DNA of 64,000 nt from assembly GCA_002633005.1 (NCBI GenBank), contig NMRA01000284.1, positions 64,103 to 128,102 of the forward strand. Direction: 5' to 3'. A model generated the notes under the pieces. That model was not told where the DNA came from and made no database searches. It worked only from the letters and a program-made list of their open reading frames with translations. Position numbers and translations under genes: made by a program. Position 1 is the stretch's first letter. The number at the start of each line of letters is the position of its first letter. The DNA is from Phoronis australis. Lineage: Eukaryota; Animalia; Phoronida. This document shows, piece after piece, positions 12,911 to 24,900 of the stretch.

Positions 12911-14135
12911 CTACCACTGAAGGTTTAGACAAGATTTAGATGTTTCAATTACATTAAAAAGAGTAGAGGGAAGACAATGCGTGCGTTTTGTGTTCTATAC
13001 ACTGTAGCAGATAGTTACATGAAAGACTGGAGATTCGTGATCGTTGTATTATACAACCATGTATATGGGCCGGAGGCCTGGTATTTTGTACCATTGTGTA
13101 CTGAGAACCTTGTGTACTGCACCACAGTGTGTATGTGGGCTGGGAGCCTTGTGTGTTGTTCCAGTGTACTTATGGGTCGAGCATTTATTTAGTATCTTAT
13201 GCACACAATGTTTTTTTAATTATTTTATTTGTGAAAACTTTGCTTGCCTGAGTGTTTTCGTCAGTGTACCTATTGAACCAAATCTAAATGTTCTGGTCAA
13301 GAAAAGTTATTTGTTAACAGTGAAAACGTGAAATAAGTTGAAATCAGCGCGTTTATCGTAAGTTAACCAACATTTCACTTTGAATTTTACGTTTTTGACG
13401 CTCCCCTCCTAGTGACATCGTTAAAACTATGGATGGTATCCGGAATTCTACACTTATTGCTCCAGTCTTGGACTATTCAGTTCCTATCGTTGGAGTAAGC
13501 TGAAATAAATTCTACTTTAACTACGAAACAAACTGGCGAAATGCCGTTTAAATAAAAATATTTGTGTAAGATAGAAGTTTAGAGCAGGACTTTAACATGA
13601 CTTTACATGTTGGTATTTGTTTCTTGCTTCATAATCTAAGGGGCATTCCAATGGGTGGTGGTGTTGTAGCCTTATTTTACCAAATGCGCAGTAGATGCGT
13701 ATTTCCTCGTTAATGACAATAACCTCTGTGACTACGGAGAGATTATCGGAAAAAAAAGTGGGGAGTCGAATCTGGCACCCCCGAAGTTGCTGCCTAACGC
13801 TCTTGTGGCACAGCTAAATCGCACTTGATCAATGGAAAAGCATCTTACGCGCATTTAACAGGTTTTGATTTCAGTGAATATTCACAGAGAATTGGAGATT
13901 TGTAATAAAATCCCAAAAACTCATATTTTGTTGTCTGGTCAAAGCTAATAACTTCAAAAAATCTATTCCATCCAACAAGTATACCCAAAATGGGACTTTG
14001 ACCGGAAAATTGACAATGTCTCTTTAACGATCACACGAGAATATTCTACTAATCTAAGGTTTGTTATCAAAATGAATTATATTACCTAGCGACCAAAATC
14101 GGTTTTATACACATCTTACCACTGCGAGGATATCT

Positions 14136-14660
14136 TATCAATCAATCAATCAAGAACTTTATTGTCATTCAAAAGGCCTCCGGCTCAAACCACATTTCAA
14201 CAATATATATGTGCGCGTGTGTGTCTGTCAGTGTGTCTGTTTGTCTACCTGTGTGTGCGTGTGTGGGTGTATAAAAAGTCAACAGGTACACACTGAATTT
14301 AGACACTCATCATTGGACTGACATAGCTTTTGATGTAAAGTTTGCAAAAGTGTTCATAATTTGGACAGGTGTGCTCTTAAAGAATGTATTAACTTCAGAA
14401 TAATTTAGATAGGTACACTGCAGATAATGCTGTCTTAAATCTGTCAAAATTGGACACTTGCATAAAAAATGAATCTCCGTATCTATCCTATTTGTATTAC
14501 AAATGGGACATGTGCTTTGCTTACGTGGTACGTTGTTTCTTCTCCTTATTTCGATTCCAAGACGGTACGTTAAGCATTAAATATCAGCAATGGCAAATAT
14601 TTGCTTTAAAGACAGATTACACATTGTATTATACGTATTCTTCGCATAAACATTCTTGAA
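14136..14660 (-). mobile_element. 5'-truncated LINE 3' end with C-terminal zinc-knuckle motif
   Basis: Minus strand reads YRLGIEIRRRNNVPRKQSTCPICNTNRIDTEIHFLCKCP..DLR, the RLxIE.GR...CxxC...E.HF..xCP motif of non-LTR ORF2 C-termini; ends in a (TTGA)n tail at about 14137-14153. Confidence 0.7.
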
Positions 14661-16029
14661 ATCTGAAAAAATGATATATCTCAATCGTCACGGGAATCTC
14701 TGCGACTGCAAATTCGAAAGAAAAAATAAAAGCGACAATTTTCAACTATTTGACCGCCATTTTTTCAGTCTGCTCAGGAAAGTTACTAACGGTTACATCC
14801 GTAAAAAGGTTATGTTTGAATTTTGTGACAAACTGCGATAGAAATGTCGAGGCATTGGTGCTTTAAGACCTCTATCAGCCCACAGTCACAAGGGATGATA
14901 TATCTTCACCGCTCCTGCAATTGCAATTGCAGTGGCGGCTTCCAGTAGCTTCCGCCTCACGAGATCTTGTAGTCACGTGACCTGTTACTTTTCGTATAGC
15001 CCTTAGGCGGCGCTCCCGCTGGTTGCCCGCTATTAACAAAAATTATTTTTATTACTCAGGGTCATGGTAAGAAGTCTTTGAGGGTAAATAATGTCACCGG
15101 GCAATAACCCACACAGTTATTCCCCGTGTGAGATAACGATTTGGGGGGAAACCGTGATGGGAAGTTGCCATATTCTAAAGAAGATGTACGCATTTGGACG
15201 TTTGATCTCAGAGCTGCATCAGATGACCGAAGTGGATCACAGAGAAATTTGAATATTTTAATTTTGTTTTCTAATTTTTGTACACTTTATTTTTCAATAT
15301 GTGGGAACAGTAGATAATTCCATAGCGAGGTTACTATTTACTGTATCGAGACCCCTCTGGAGGAAATTGGAGGAATTACAACCATGGAGGCCACTAGGAC
15401 TCTATATCTGAAAAATAACAGCCTCGCAATGCATATTATATATATATATTCTAAACGTATTCACGTCGTTTTTTCCAAAGTGTCTCCCATTGTGGCTAAT
15501 AACTGAAATAAGCACTCTTTTCTAAAATTCACAATTGTTGCCGTGATCATTTTTACGTTTAATTCCATCTGCATGAATTTCTAATAATGGACAATGAAAA
15601 AGAGATTAGAACGGCGCCAAGAATATCTCGAAAAACCTACTAATTTGCCTATCCTGAGAACTTGTGTACATTAGTTTATAAAACTAATTACTGTCAAATG
15701 GGTAAAGTTCATTGACCATCTAAAATGCAATTAATTAATTTGCTTACCAATTAGCAGAGAAAAACCTTTGTTTTTCTAAATTCCGGTCCCGGGGAGGATG
15801 TTTGTTATAATCAAACGTTTTCAACAAAATGATGCTCCGGTGAGGATATTATCAAACATTTCAAAAAGTTGTAAGTACTCATTTGTTTGCTGGAGTTCGC
15901 TTTAACGTCGTAGAAGCCGGTTTCACATCGTATCTTTTTGTGCGGTGGGTTGACTTTAAATATTTATCAATGAGTTTCAAAGCTTTGTCACCATAAGTTT
16001 ATTAAAAATTGCTAAGAAATATTGGATAT

Positions 16030-17060
16030 CTAAAGCCCCATACACGGCCATCTTTGAAAACATGGTTGCATTATGGGCGATTTGAATTCACTGACTGCTT
16101 CAGTGAGAAGATTCACGGCTGCCAACTGGATTAAATGGGTGGCCCCCTGATTAGTGCTTTCGCTATTTTCTGATCGACGTTTGGACTCTTTTGATGGAAG
16201 GCTATTTCCACGGAATAATAAGTCACGAAACTCCATGAAAAGTTCAGATTTCAAAGCAGTTATACGTCACGGAACTCTGTTGGTTTCTGGTGATATCAGC
16301 ATGCTACAGATTTAATTGATATTTGTTAAAGTCGTTGAAAATTTTTACCTCTTGCGTTACTTTCGACCTCTTTAAAGCAATGGACAGGGCTACTCGTCCA
16401 CGCCCGTGTGGTGAAAAGCGAGCCAAAACACCATCTTGTTCATACCTGCCTGGAGAATGTACCTGTTTAGCTGCAGTACAGCTCACCCAGGCTGTCCGCA
16501 ACTGGACAAATTAACATTACCGTAACTGGGTAGGTAAATTCACTCAGCCTGTCCAGAACCATAATCCTTATTTTGTTTAGCGCCCAGTTGGAGGTTGTGT
16601 GTACCCATCTATCACTATACATTATACTTTAACCCATTTGACGGTATGTGTACCCATCTTTACTTCAAGTTATATTTGCCGTTTTGTTCGAGCCTATCTG
16701 GTAGGCAATCGACCAACATCCATCTGGTGGTTTTCAACAGCTAAAACCAGGAGAGGTCGCTGGTGCAACTGGGATGCTACAAGGGGAAGACAATGACAAT
16801 TTTGAATTGTTAGCCTAATGTATTGTTACTCCTTGTGGCTGACTGTGTCTGTGTTTCATTACTCGTTGATGGGCTTAGCAAGGTGGCCACTATGTCTTTT
16901 TCTTCTGATGACGGAGTTTCAATAAACATGTCAAGCCGGTTTAAATCCGATGTTGTTTTTATCAAAATACTATGGTTAATACATGTAGCGACAGTAATGA
17001 TATGCGGCACAAGCACATTTTTCACCGACGAAAAGGAAACTATGCGTAAGCCACATTAAT
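16030..17060 (-). pseudogene. Highly degenerate hAT-like transposase remnant
   Basis: Motif-like fragments in the expected order across frameshifts: TTSDLNRL (BED-finger end), D/AWVSC (DxWTS-like), NKYQLNL..ITRN (ITTDN-like), GATHLIQLAAVNLL (CxxHxLQLA-like). Confidence 0.4.
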
Positions 17061-18393
17061 TAGATTTTGACTCAATACCAATACGTCACTGATTGGAACA
17101 CGTGACCATGTCTTCTTCGTAAAATTTAACAATAAAAAAGAGATAGCAAAACAAGGGCATCAATAACGTGAACAAATTTAGTTTGAGTCACACAAATGTT
17201 CAAGATGGTATCGCAATGTACTCCGTAACGCATCTGTTTTCTAAATCATCGTTTCATTTTCGTTTCATTCAACTTTTGAGTTTTTTCATCAAAATCACAT
17301 TCGTCCTACTTTTTATGGCCCTTCGTGTAAAAGTAGATCAATTTAAAACCAATCCCTAACTTCGTTTTGGAGAACAATGCATGAGGCTAAGTGTCTTTTT
17401 CATTTGAATCTCATTGGCTATTTTTGAGATATGATGTTTCAAAATAACCCAAATGCACATATTGTTAGGGTCCCAAATAACCTCAATGTGAAAATAGCGG
17501 TACAAACTAGACGGCATTGAAAATATTATAAGCCTTAGATAAATTCAAAATCCTTTGAAAGATGGGAACGAAAAGCGCACCACGAGCTGACAAGAACTTA
17601 TCTTAAACATGCCCTGAGGGTGATATATTTCCCTTGCCCTATATCCCGTGGCCCTGCAGCGTTCGAATGTTGTGTACGTACACGTAGGTGGTTACCTGGG
17701 TGCCCGTAAATCTGCCTATGTAGGGCAACTGTAGACAACATCTGCATCTTCGTTATAAATCAGTTTTCAGTTTTGAGAACAAAAGTGCGTTCTTGTTCAT
17801 AAATTACAGCTGCATCCTGACGTATGAAGCCGGGATTTTGCATTGGCAATAATTATGACTTAAATTTGAAATAACTCAACAATGCTGGAAGAAAAATGCA
17901 CTTGATATATAATAGATACTGTGCGTTTTTAAGGTGATATATATTTATTGAAGAATACATAAAACACACAAGCAAAAGAATGACAAACCCAGAAATCAAA
18001 AAACGTTATACTGCGCGTTTAATTCCGTTGATTTGACTTTTCGACACATTTTTTGAGTTCTGAAACTGTAAGATGTGATTTCTGAAAGTGTTGGTGCACA
18101 CATTAATTTGCAATTCTCAAGGCTTGAGAATTTGTAACAGATGGCGTGCTGTAAGCGACTGTGTTTTGTGAAACGTTGATTTAATCAATTTCAACACACC
18201 TGCTGACCTATCTTCGTATTTCACTGGGTACAAGGGTAGTCGTCGAGGGTGTCTGGGAAGTGGCACACTACAGTTATTGCAGGGATTTAGCTTCCCGACG
18301 ACGCACACCTAACTGGAAATGAGTCCTTTCCTCCCGTCCTTATCAAGAGCCTGAGAAAACAAAGGGTTTTGTGCCATTCTCAGTTTACAACTA

Positions 18394-18547
18394 TGTTATA
18401 GCTTGTTTAGTCGCCAGATGGCGTTACTGTTAACACGTTTTTACCCATGATGCCCTTCTTCCGTTATGGCTGCTTATGGTAGTTTGGGATAGTTAATATA
18501 GTACTCAGTTATCGATTAACATCATTGTTATTTCCAAAGTTATCACA
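18394..18547 (+). mobile_element. Short 5' LTR (154 bp) of a Ty3/Gypsy element, followed by a PBS
   Basis: TGTTATA...TATCACA inverted termini; TGACGACGAG at 18550-18559 is one mismatch from TGGCGACGAG (complement of the tRNA-Ser(GCU) 3' end); gag ATG follows at 18572. Confidence 0.7.
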
Positions 18548-18571
18548 ATTGACGACGAGAAAAACAAAGCA

Positions 18572-19536
18572 ATGGCAATGCACGGACAATGTAAGGAATA
18601 TAACGCGGACACTGAAAACTGGAATAACTATGTGGAGAGGCTGAACTTTTATTTCATTGCAAACGACGTGGAATCCGATGAGAAAAGGAGGGCGATTTTT
18701 CTGACTACGTGTGGCCCAGCCACTTATCAAACCATACGGGATTTGATACAACCAGCAAAGCCCGGAGATAAGACATTCACAGAACTCATCGATGTGTTAA
18801 CGGAACATTATGCTCCCAAGGAAAATACCATTGTTTGCAGGTACAGATTTCACTCAGCCCAACGCTCCAAGGACGAATCGATTGCTCAGTACACGGCACG
18901 TTTACATCAACTAGCAGGAAAGTGTGAATTTGGTGAGACACTTGAGGACATGTTGTGTGATCGGTTGGTCTGTGGTGTACAAAACCCAGACATGCAAAAA
19001 CGCTTGTTAGCCACAAAAGACTTGACATTTTCTAAGGCACTAGAAACGTGCACGGCACTGGAAACGGCTGTCTGCAATGTGGGACTAATAGGTGGGACAG
19101 TTGGTAGCACACACTATGTTCAGGGTCAAAAGCGGAAGGAGAAGGAGAAGCAGAGTCAGACGAAACAGCAAAGTCAGACAAAAGTGTGTTTTCGCTGTGG
19201 TGGAAAGCACGAACCAGAGGCATGTAGGTTTAAGGAGGCGGAGTGCCATAGGTGCGGTAAGAAGGGTCACCTACGAAAGAAATGTTTTTCAGCACCCAAA
19301 ACCACAAAGCCAAAAGGTAAGAGCACGTACCATGTGTCCGAGTCTCAGAACCTGCTAAACAAAGTCCATGGGCAAGAAGGTGGAGAGTCTCCGATCGTCA
19401 CGACTCTTATTATCCATGGTAAACCTCTCCAGTTTGAGGTAGACACTGGCTCTCCCAAGACGTTGATTAGCCAGGAAAACTTTGACAATCATTTTGATGG
19501 TGTAAAATTGATTCATGCCAGTGACAGTTTGTACTC
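18572..19536 (+). CDS. Ty3/Gypsy (Mag-like) Gag-protease polyprotein, truncated by assembly gap
   Basis: Gag N-terminus WNNYVERLNFYFIAN, capsid motif DRLVCG, two zinc knuckles (CFRCGGKHEPEAC, CHRCGKKGHLRKKC), aspartic protease FEVDTGS; open until the N at 19537. Confidence 0.92.
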
Positions 19537-19747
19537 NCTAATCCCATGACCTCCCATTGGTGATTTACAGGTTCTTGTTTTCTGCTACAGGATCATTTCT
19601 CCCCAATCCCTTTGCACCAGATTTATCATTAGGTATAAGGTGTGCGATGTGGACGTTCGGCTGAATGGGAGCGAGATGCTTTAAGACAAGTTGTTTTAAA
19701 TAAGTCCCAGTGGGGTGATGACTTTTAGATTCTCAAAGTGTTATTAC

Positions 19748-19941
19748 CACCAACTGTGCAGAACTGGCCGAACTTGTTTTCGGACGCCACCTTGAGGCCG
19801 TTCTCCAGGACAGTCACCTGTGTATCGTACATATGACTGGAGGGTACAGCGTACTTGACGTGAGAAATGCTGGGTAAGGGCTCAGTAAGGGGGATATCAC
19901 AGACATCTGGCGCCTTCTCGCTGCAGAATGAACGGCGTGTT
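19748..19941 (-). CDS. PMPCA: Mitochondrial processing peptidase alpha subunit, exon 2
   Basis: AG acceptor and GT donor; encodes IPLTEPLP...TQVTVLENGLKVASENKFGQFCTVG, characteristic of alpha-MPP; phase matches exon 1. Confidence 0.9.
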
Positions 19942-21362
19942 CTACAAGAAAACAGAAAACAGTGATTCATTTCTAAGAATGATACAAGCTGTACCTATGT
20001 CAGTGGAAAATCAGTGAAGAATCATGAACTACAAATGTTCCTGGTTTCACATAAGTATTCTTAAGTGCGCCCTGGCTTACGACATGTTGGGGAGGGCTAA
20101 TGAAACCAGTGCCAGCAGTCCTCAAAAAGTCCTGTTTTTCATTGTCAATGGCGACAGCAAATGTGGAAATGGCGATAAGATATTCCAGCATGTCGCCAAA
20201 TGGTGATAAAAATGCCCAACAACAGCAGATTTTTCCAACAATGGTTCTGTTGCCCTCATTTTAATTTTTCATGGTTAAATTTACAAAATTGTACCATGCT
20301 GTCCTGTGAATTTGACTATAGGGCGCAAACAATCAGCGACCATGCAGTGCTGCATTTCGAAAGCACCACCATCTCGACTGCATGTAGAGATGGCGAAGCT
20401 ATACAGGAGCTTCATACAACAGCAGATTCTTATCGAATTATGCCTCATACTTACTGAAACATCAAAATCAGGTTGCGCATAAAGGGACACCTCAGGAGGC
20501 CGTTGATGTCCGTAATTCATTCCAACTTGAACAAATACTCCAATAATCAAATTTTTTTCAAGTAGTCTTTCATTCAGTTGCCTAAGTCGGCAACTGGCCA
20601 TTTTTACACTGTACGTACCAGGGGATGTTATGTCATATTGAGTTGGAAGGAATTAAAGACATACTCACGTGACCCTCTATACGCAAAAGATATTAAATAA
20701 CAATGTGTGACTTGGAAGTTTTAATCAGTGTGAGGTATAATTTGCTAAAAAGCTTCCAGCATATGAAGCTCACTGTCTCTAGGGCCAGTAGAGATGGTGG
20801 CAAAGTCTTCGGTCCATTTGGGTTACTATTATGTGGCTAAAGAACTGTGCGTACAAGCTGTCAAGGTTTGAGTCAGAGTGCAAGTCATTAGCTGATTGAC
20901 GAAATACGTTAGAAATACTAATCCAGATGTTTTGTTTTGTATTTGGGATATTTATGTTCGAGTCTCTGCAACTCAAGGAATTAAGGAATTCTCATTGTAA
21001 GGTTTAAAGTCCGGCTGCCAGCGTCAGCCGCTCAATGACAATGTTGCTTGCATGGTACATGCTACAGTACGTCATTTCTTGCGATGCCAATTTGACAATA
21101 ACTTTTAAACGGTCCATCGCCATTTGGCTAAACCAAGTGATGTGAACTTTTTAAGCTCTGGTCAGGCTGCCAGGCATGACAATGGCATGGCAATGAGTGA
21201 GTAAGCCTATCTATCCTTCAATTCTGAAATCGGTTTTTAAATAAGAAGTTGAAGGCACAATTGCAGCTTTTACGAAAGTAGAGATGACAATTCAGACATA
21301 GAAGGGATGAAAGCACATGTAAAGTTTATGCAAAATAAACGACACCTATTCCAAAATCTTAC

Positions 21363-21418
21363 CGTGTGGCCTTTTCGGCACAAGACCGAGACACACGACT
21401 CCACAACCTGGTAGCCAT
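21363..21418 (-). CDS. PMPCA: Mitochondrial processing peptidase alpha subunit, exon 1
   Basis: ATG...MATRLWSRVSRSCAEKAT(R), then GTAAG donor in phase 2; joined to exon 2 it forms an Arg/Ser-rich mitochondrial presequence ending RRSF-CS. Confidence 0.8.
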
Positions 21419-21721
21419 TACGGAAATAAAGCAAATGGAGTAGGTATGTATTACAGTTTTAGCGAAGTACTTTTAAAAATAATATCATTAACATGTATCT
21501 ACAAAATTCAGATTAAATGCTGATAAATCAGGAAATATTCTAAAATATTCAACACATCTGTTAATGTTTTGGCCTTGAATTATTTTTTTCTTCTTTGTAT
21601 TATTTACATCGATTATCAAACAACACAATTACTTTTCTTATTTTCATGTATGTCCTAAATATAGGTCAATGATGCGACAGGCAGACGACGAAAGTGAGCG
21701 GCGTTGTCATGATTATGACAA
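21419..21721. promoter_or_regulatory. Putative bidirectional promoter between PMPCA and HS2ST1
   Basis: Divergent start codons only about 300-370 bp apart (21418 on -, 21722 or 21788 on +). Confidence 0.65.
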
Positions 21722-21787
21722 ATGTTCTCGACGACCGTTTGGTTGGTCTTTTGCAAGAAAACGCCAAGCTGCTGTTCACTTCACACC

Positions 21788-21902
21788 ATGATTACCGTTA
21801 AGCAGTGGTATTTTTTAGTTTGTTGTATAATGATCTTCACGTTTGTCGTCATTCACTTGAACCAGGAAATATGCCGCCTTGACCAAGCGAGACAAGACCT
21901 AG
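21788..21902 (+). CDS. HS2ST1: HS2ST1 exon 1 (TM anchor and stem)
   Basis: CACCATG start; [18 protein letters not shown] hydrophobic anchor; GTAGG donor, phase 1. Confidence 0.8.
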
Positions 21903-24900
21903 GTAGGCCTACTACTGACTACTGTATGTTTAGCATTTACATGGTCCATGTTTTTTCACAAAATATTTTACTGAAATTAATGCAAGACATTTATGTTATT
22001 TGATTTTGCCTGCGGTAACCTATTTACATTCCGGGATTAAATTAATTTAATTAAATTTCTCTTACACAATTTAAAGGGACGCGTTTTCACAGCCAACATG
22101 CATTTCTGGAATTAGTTGTTGGATGAGTCAGAGATACATTTTTTCAAGTTGGAAGCTTTTACCAGTGAGCTATGAAAAATAAAAATCCCTTGTTTTTGTG
22201 TTAATTCTCACTATTCAGTGTCTGCCACTGGGACATTTGCTGAACTCTAAAGGTCTGCAAGCAGACGGTCTTAACTATTTTATTTTTTAATCTAGACTAT
22301 GTCTGTATTGTTTCACTGCAGGCGTATGTTAATTAGTTTGTTTTCGTTTGTTTATAATATCTGTTATTAAATTAGATTTGTCTTAGAGTTTAACATGAAC
22401 GTGGGTCATGAATTCTCTGCATACAGACAACATGCAAGTGTTTGTTTGGTGGGTGAATTTTAATCTAAACTCATTAAGCTGATGGTGTTAAGATAAGAGT
22501 ATAACGAAACACCGACAGTTGTTTTCACTTGTTCATCTGTGATATTCTACCCTAGTCCCTGAAGTCCTTAAAATTATATCAGGGCCACTTTGTGTGTGAT
22601 GAGATACAACTCTTCATTCAGATTATGGGTTAGGCTATTCAGAATACTGACATAGGGACCAATAAAATAATTGTCTTCTTATAGCCAAGACCACAAACCC
22701 TGTGTTAAGCCAACTGTTTATTTAGTCAAGCTAACTGGGAACTGGGACAATTGTATAATGGCTAAGAGCATGGTTAAAGAATTACTCCTTTCTCCTTGCA
22801 TGTCAATTTCAAAGCGCCTGTAGTGTGTGAATGATCGACACTCATGATTTATAGTCATCCCCAAAATTCTAAACCCAAAATGTCTGGCAAGCAACATGGA
22901 TGAATGCCAGGCGTCAACAAACTGGATACACTTAAATTTAGACTTTTTTGCTGGAATTATCGTCTGTGGCACAACTTCATGAGTGCTATCAATTTCATCA
23001 AAGGCTGGCCGTCTTGATAGTGGCAGTCGATCAAAGTTTAGAAGATGTTGAACTCGGCTTCAAAACACATGTAGGTTAAAAAGTAGACTTGTGTGTTTCA
23101 TAGCCACTTTGGGATACATGTTTCATTCAGGGCTTGTAAAGGTTAAATGTTGCTGTGCTGAGTGAATGCTCTTCTAAGTGCTCAATATTTAATGAAGTGG
23201 CCTACAGACTGCACATAGATACACTTGTCTGGAATATGGTAGATCTATGTGTTTGTACACATTCTGCTGCTTGTCCTGAGGGTTTGCATTTAGTGCATTA
23301 TGGGACAAAACGCATCTGGTTTACTGTTGTGCCACTTTTAATTTTTTGTTTTAAGTTGGTTTTAAACCTGTAAAATGTTTGATACATCTAATTGTTGTTG
23401 GTTCAAGTTTCGAAATTTAGAACCAAAAATAATGCTTGTGAGATTAAAGCTCAAATTGTTGCAGTACTTCATTCCCTGACTCCAGGATTTGTTGAAGACC
23501 TCTTGCAAATCTGCTATTAGAAAACAGCGACACCATGCAGCTATTACATTTGATTATTAAATTTGCAACCAATGACTGCTGAAATTTTATCTGGTTTAAT
23601 TGTCAGTGTCTCTGCATATATACAAAAATGGGTTTGGTTTTCATATAAACTCTTAATAAACGGTATCACGATGTCTTGTAGCTTAACTCAGTTAATAGTT
23701 GACATGGTAACATTCTGTGGCAAAACCTGCTTGCCTAATATCTGTGACAATGTTTGACATTTTGAGAATTTTTCTTATAATTTTCTGAGCAAAGTTAAGG
23801 CTGTTACAGTTACTGTATCAGCTACCGTGACATCAAATAGTGTGTTTCTCGCACGTTGAATTAAGAAATTCATTGTTATCACTGACAAATATTGTGTCTC
23901 CTACATATAACAAGGGCAAAGTCAATGTGGCTTATACATGCAAAAAGAGCACAAAAAACTTACACTCTAGAATTCTTGTGACGTGTTGAAAATGTGATAT
24001 GACAAATTCATGGTGACTGAGCATGAATCCATTCTCTGTTAACTGTAATGGCCTATCCACTGGGATGATATACCAATTCCTTGTGCAATTATTGAAAATG
24101 GGTCAAAAGCTTTTTCCTCATAAGAACATTGTAAATGGTTGTATGGCTACATAGTAAGATGTGGATCAATCAGCCCTCCTCAGTGGAGCTAATCTTCTCT
24201 TATGTTAGTTGTTAATTTACATTTTTAAGTCCTAATTGTTAAGGTTATATAGGACCCTGGAAAAATGGCCAAATTTGGTTCAGTTGAGAACAATATATAT
24301 CTCATACATGACTGAGTGAAAATCTATATTTGTGAACATTTGACTAAATTCACAGACTTTACAGCAATAGTTAATTACAGGGGTCCTGCATTTTCAGGAC
24401 CAAATGTTTTCTCTACTGGATTAACTGGCATTAAGCTATAGTTCTCAAAATGGGGGACGTCTGTCGCAAATTTTCCATGGGTCCTACATAACCTTTAGCC
24501 TGTGTTGTCCCTTCTAAGACTACATCATGTCACAAATTCATGAGATATTGGAACATGAATATTGGTTGTAGTATATAAGATGGTCACTTACTTAGAGACG
24601 TGGTAGGTTGTTTGCAGACGTTTTGACCTGGTTCGCCAGGTCTTTGTCGATAAATGAAGGATTTCCCGCCTTTCGCTTGTTAAGCATGCTGGTGTACACG
24701 GGGGGGGNCCAGGTTTCTCCAATGTTGGTGTGGTTGGGATCCTGAATATTGGTGATTTTTCTGCTTTGACAATGATGAGAGTCTAGTCTGAACATTCTTT
24801 GAATATTTCATCTGAAATAACTATTGTGCCATAGTAAAAAGCTTTCAGTTCCCGGTATCTTTGACTTTTTTTGTCTGGAAGGCATTGTTTGTAAAAATCA

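Noticed and set aside
12385-12928. Thr/Leu/Gly/Pro-rich ORFs that look like mucin or membrane proteins
   Set aside because: Translations of trinucleotide microsatellites.
13745-13830. tRNA-like boxes on the minus strand
   Set aside because: Degenerate A/B boxes and no cloverleaf; at most a SINE-like relic.
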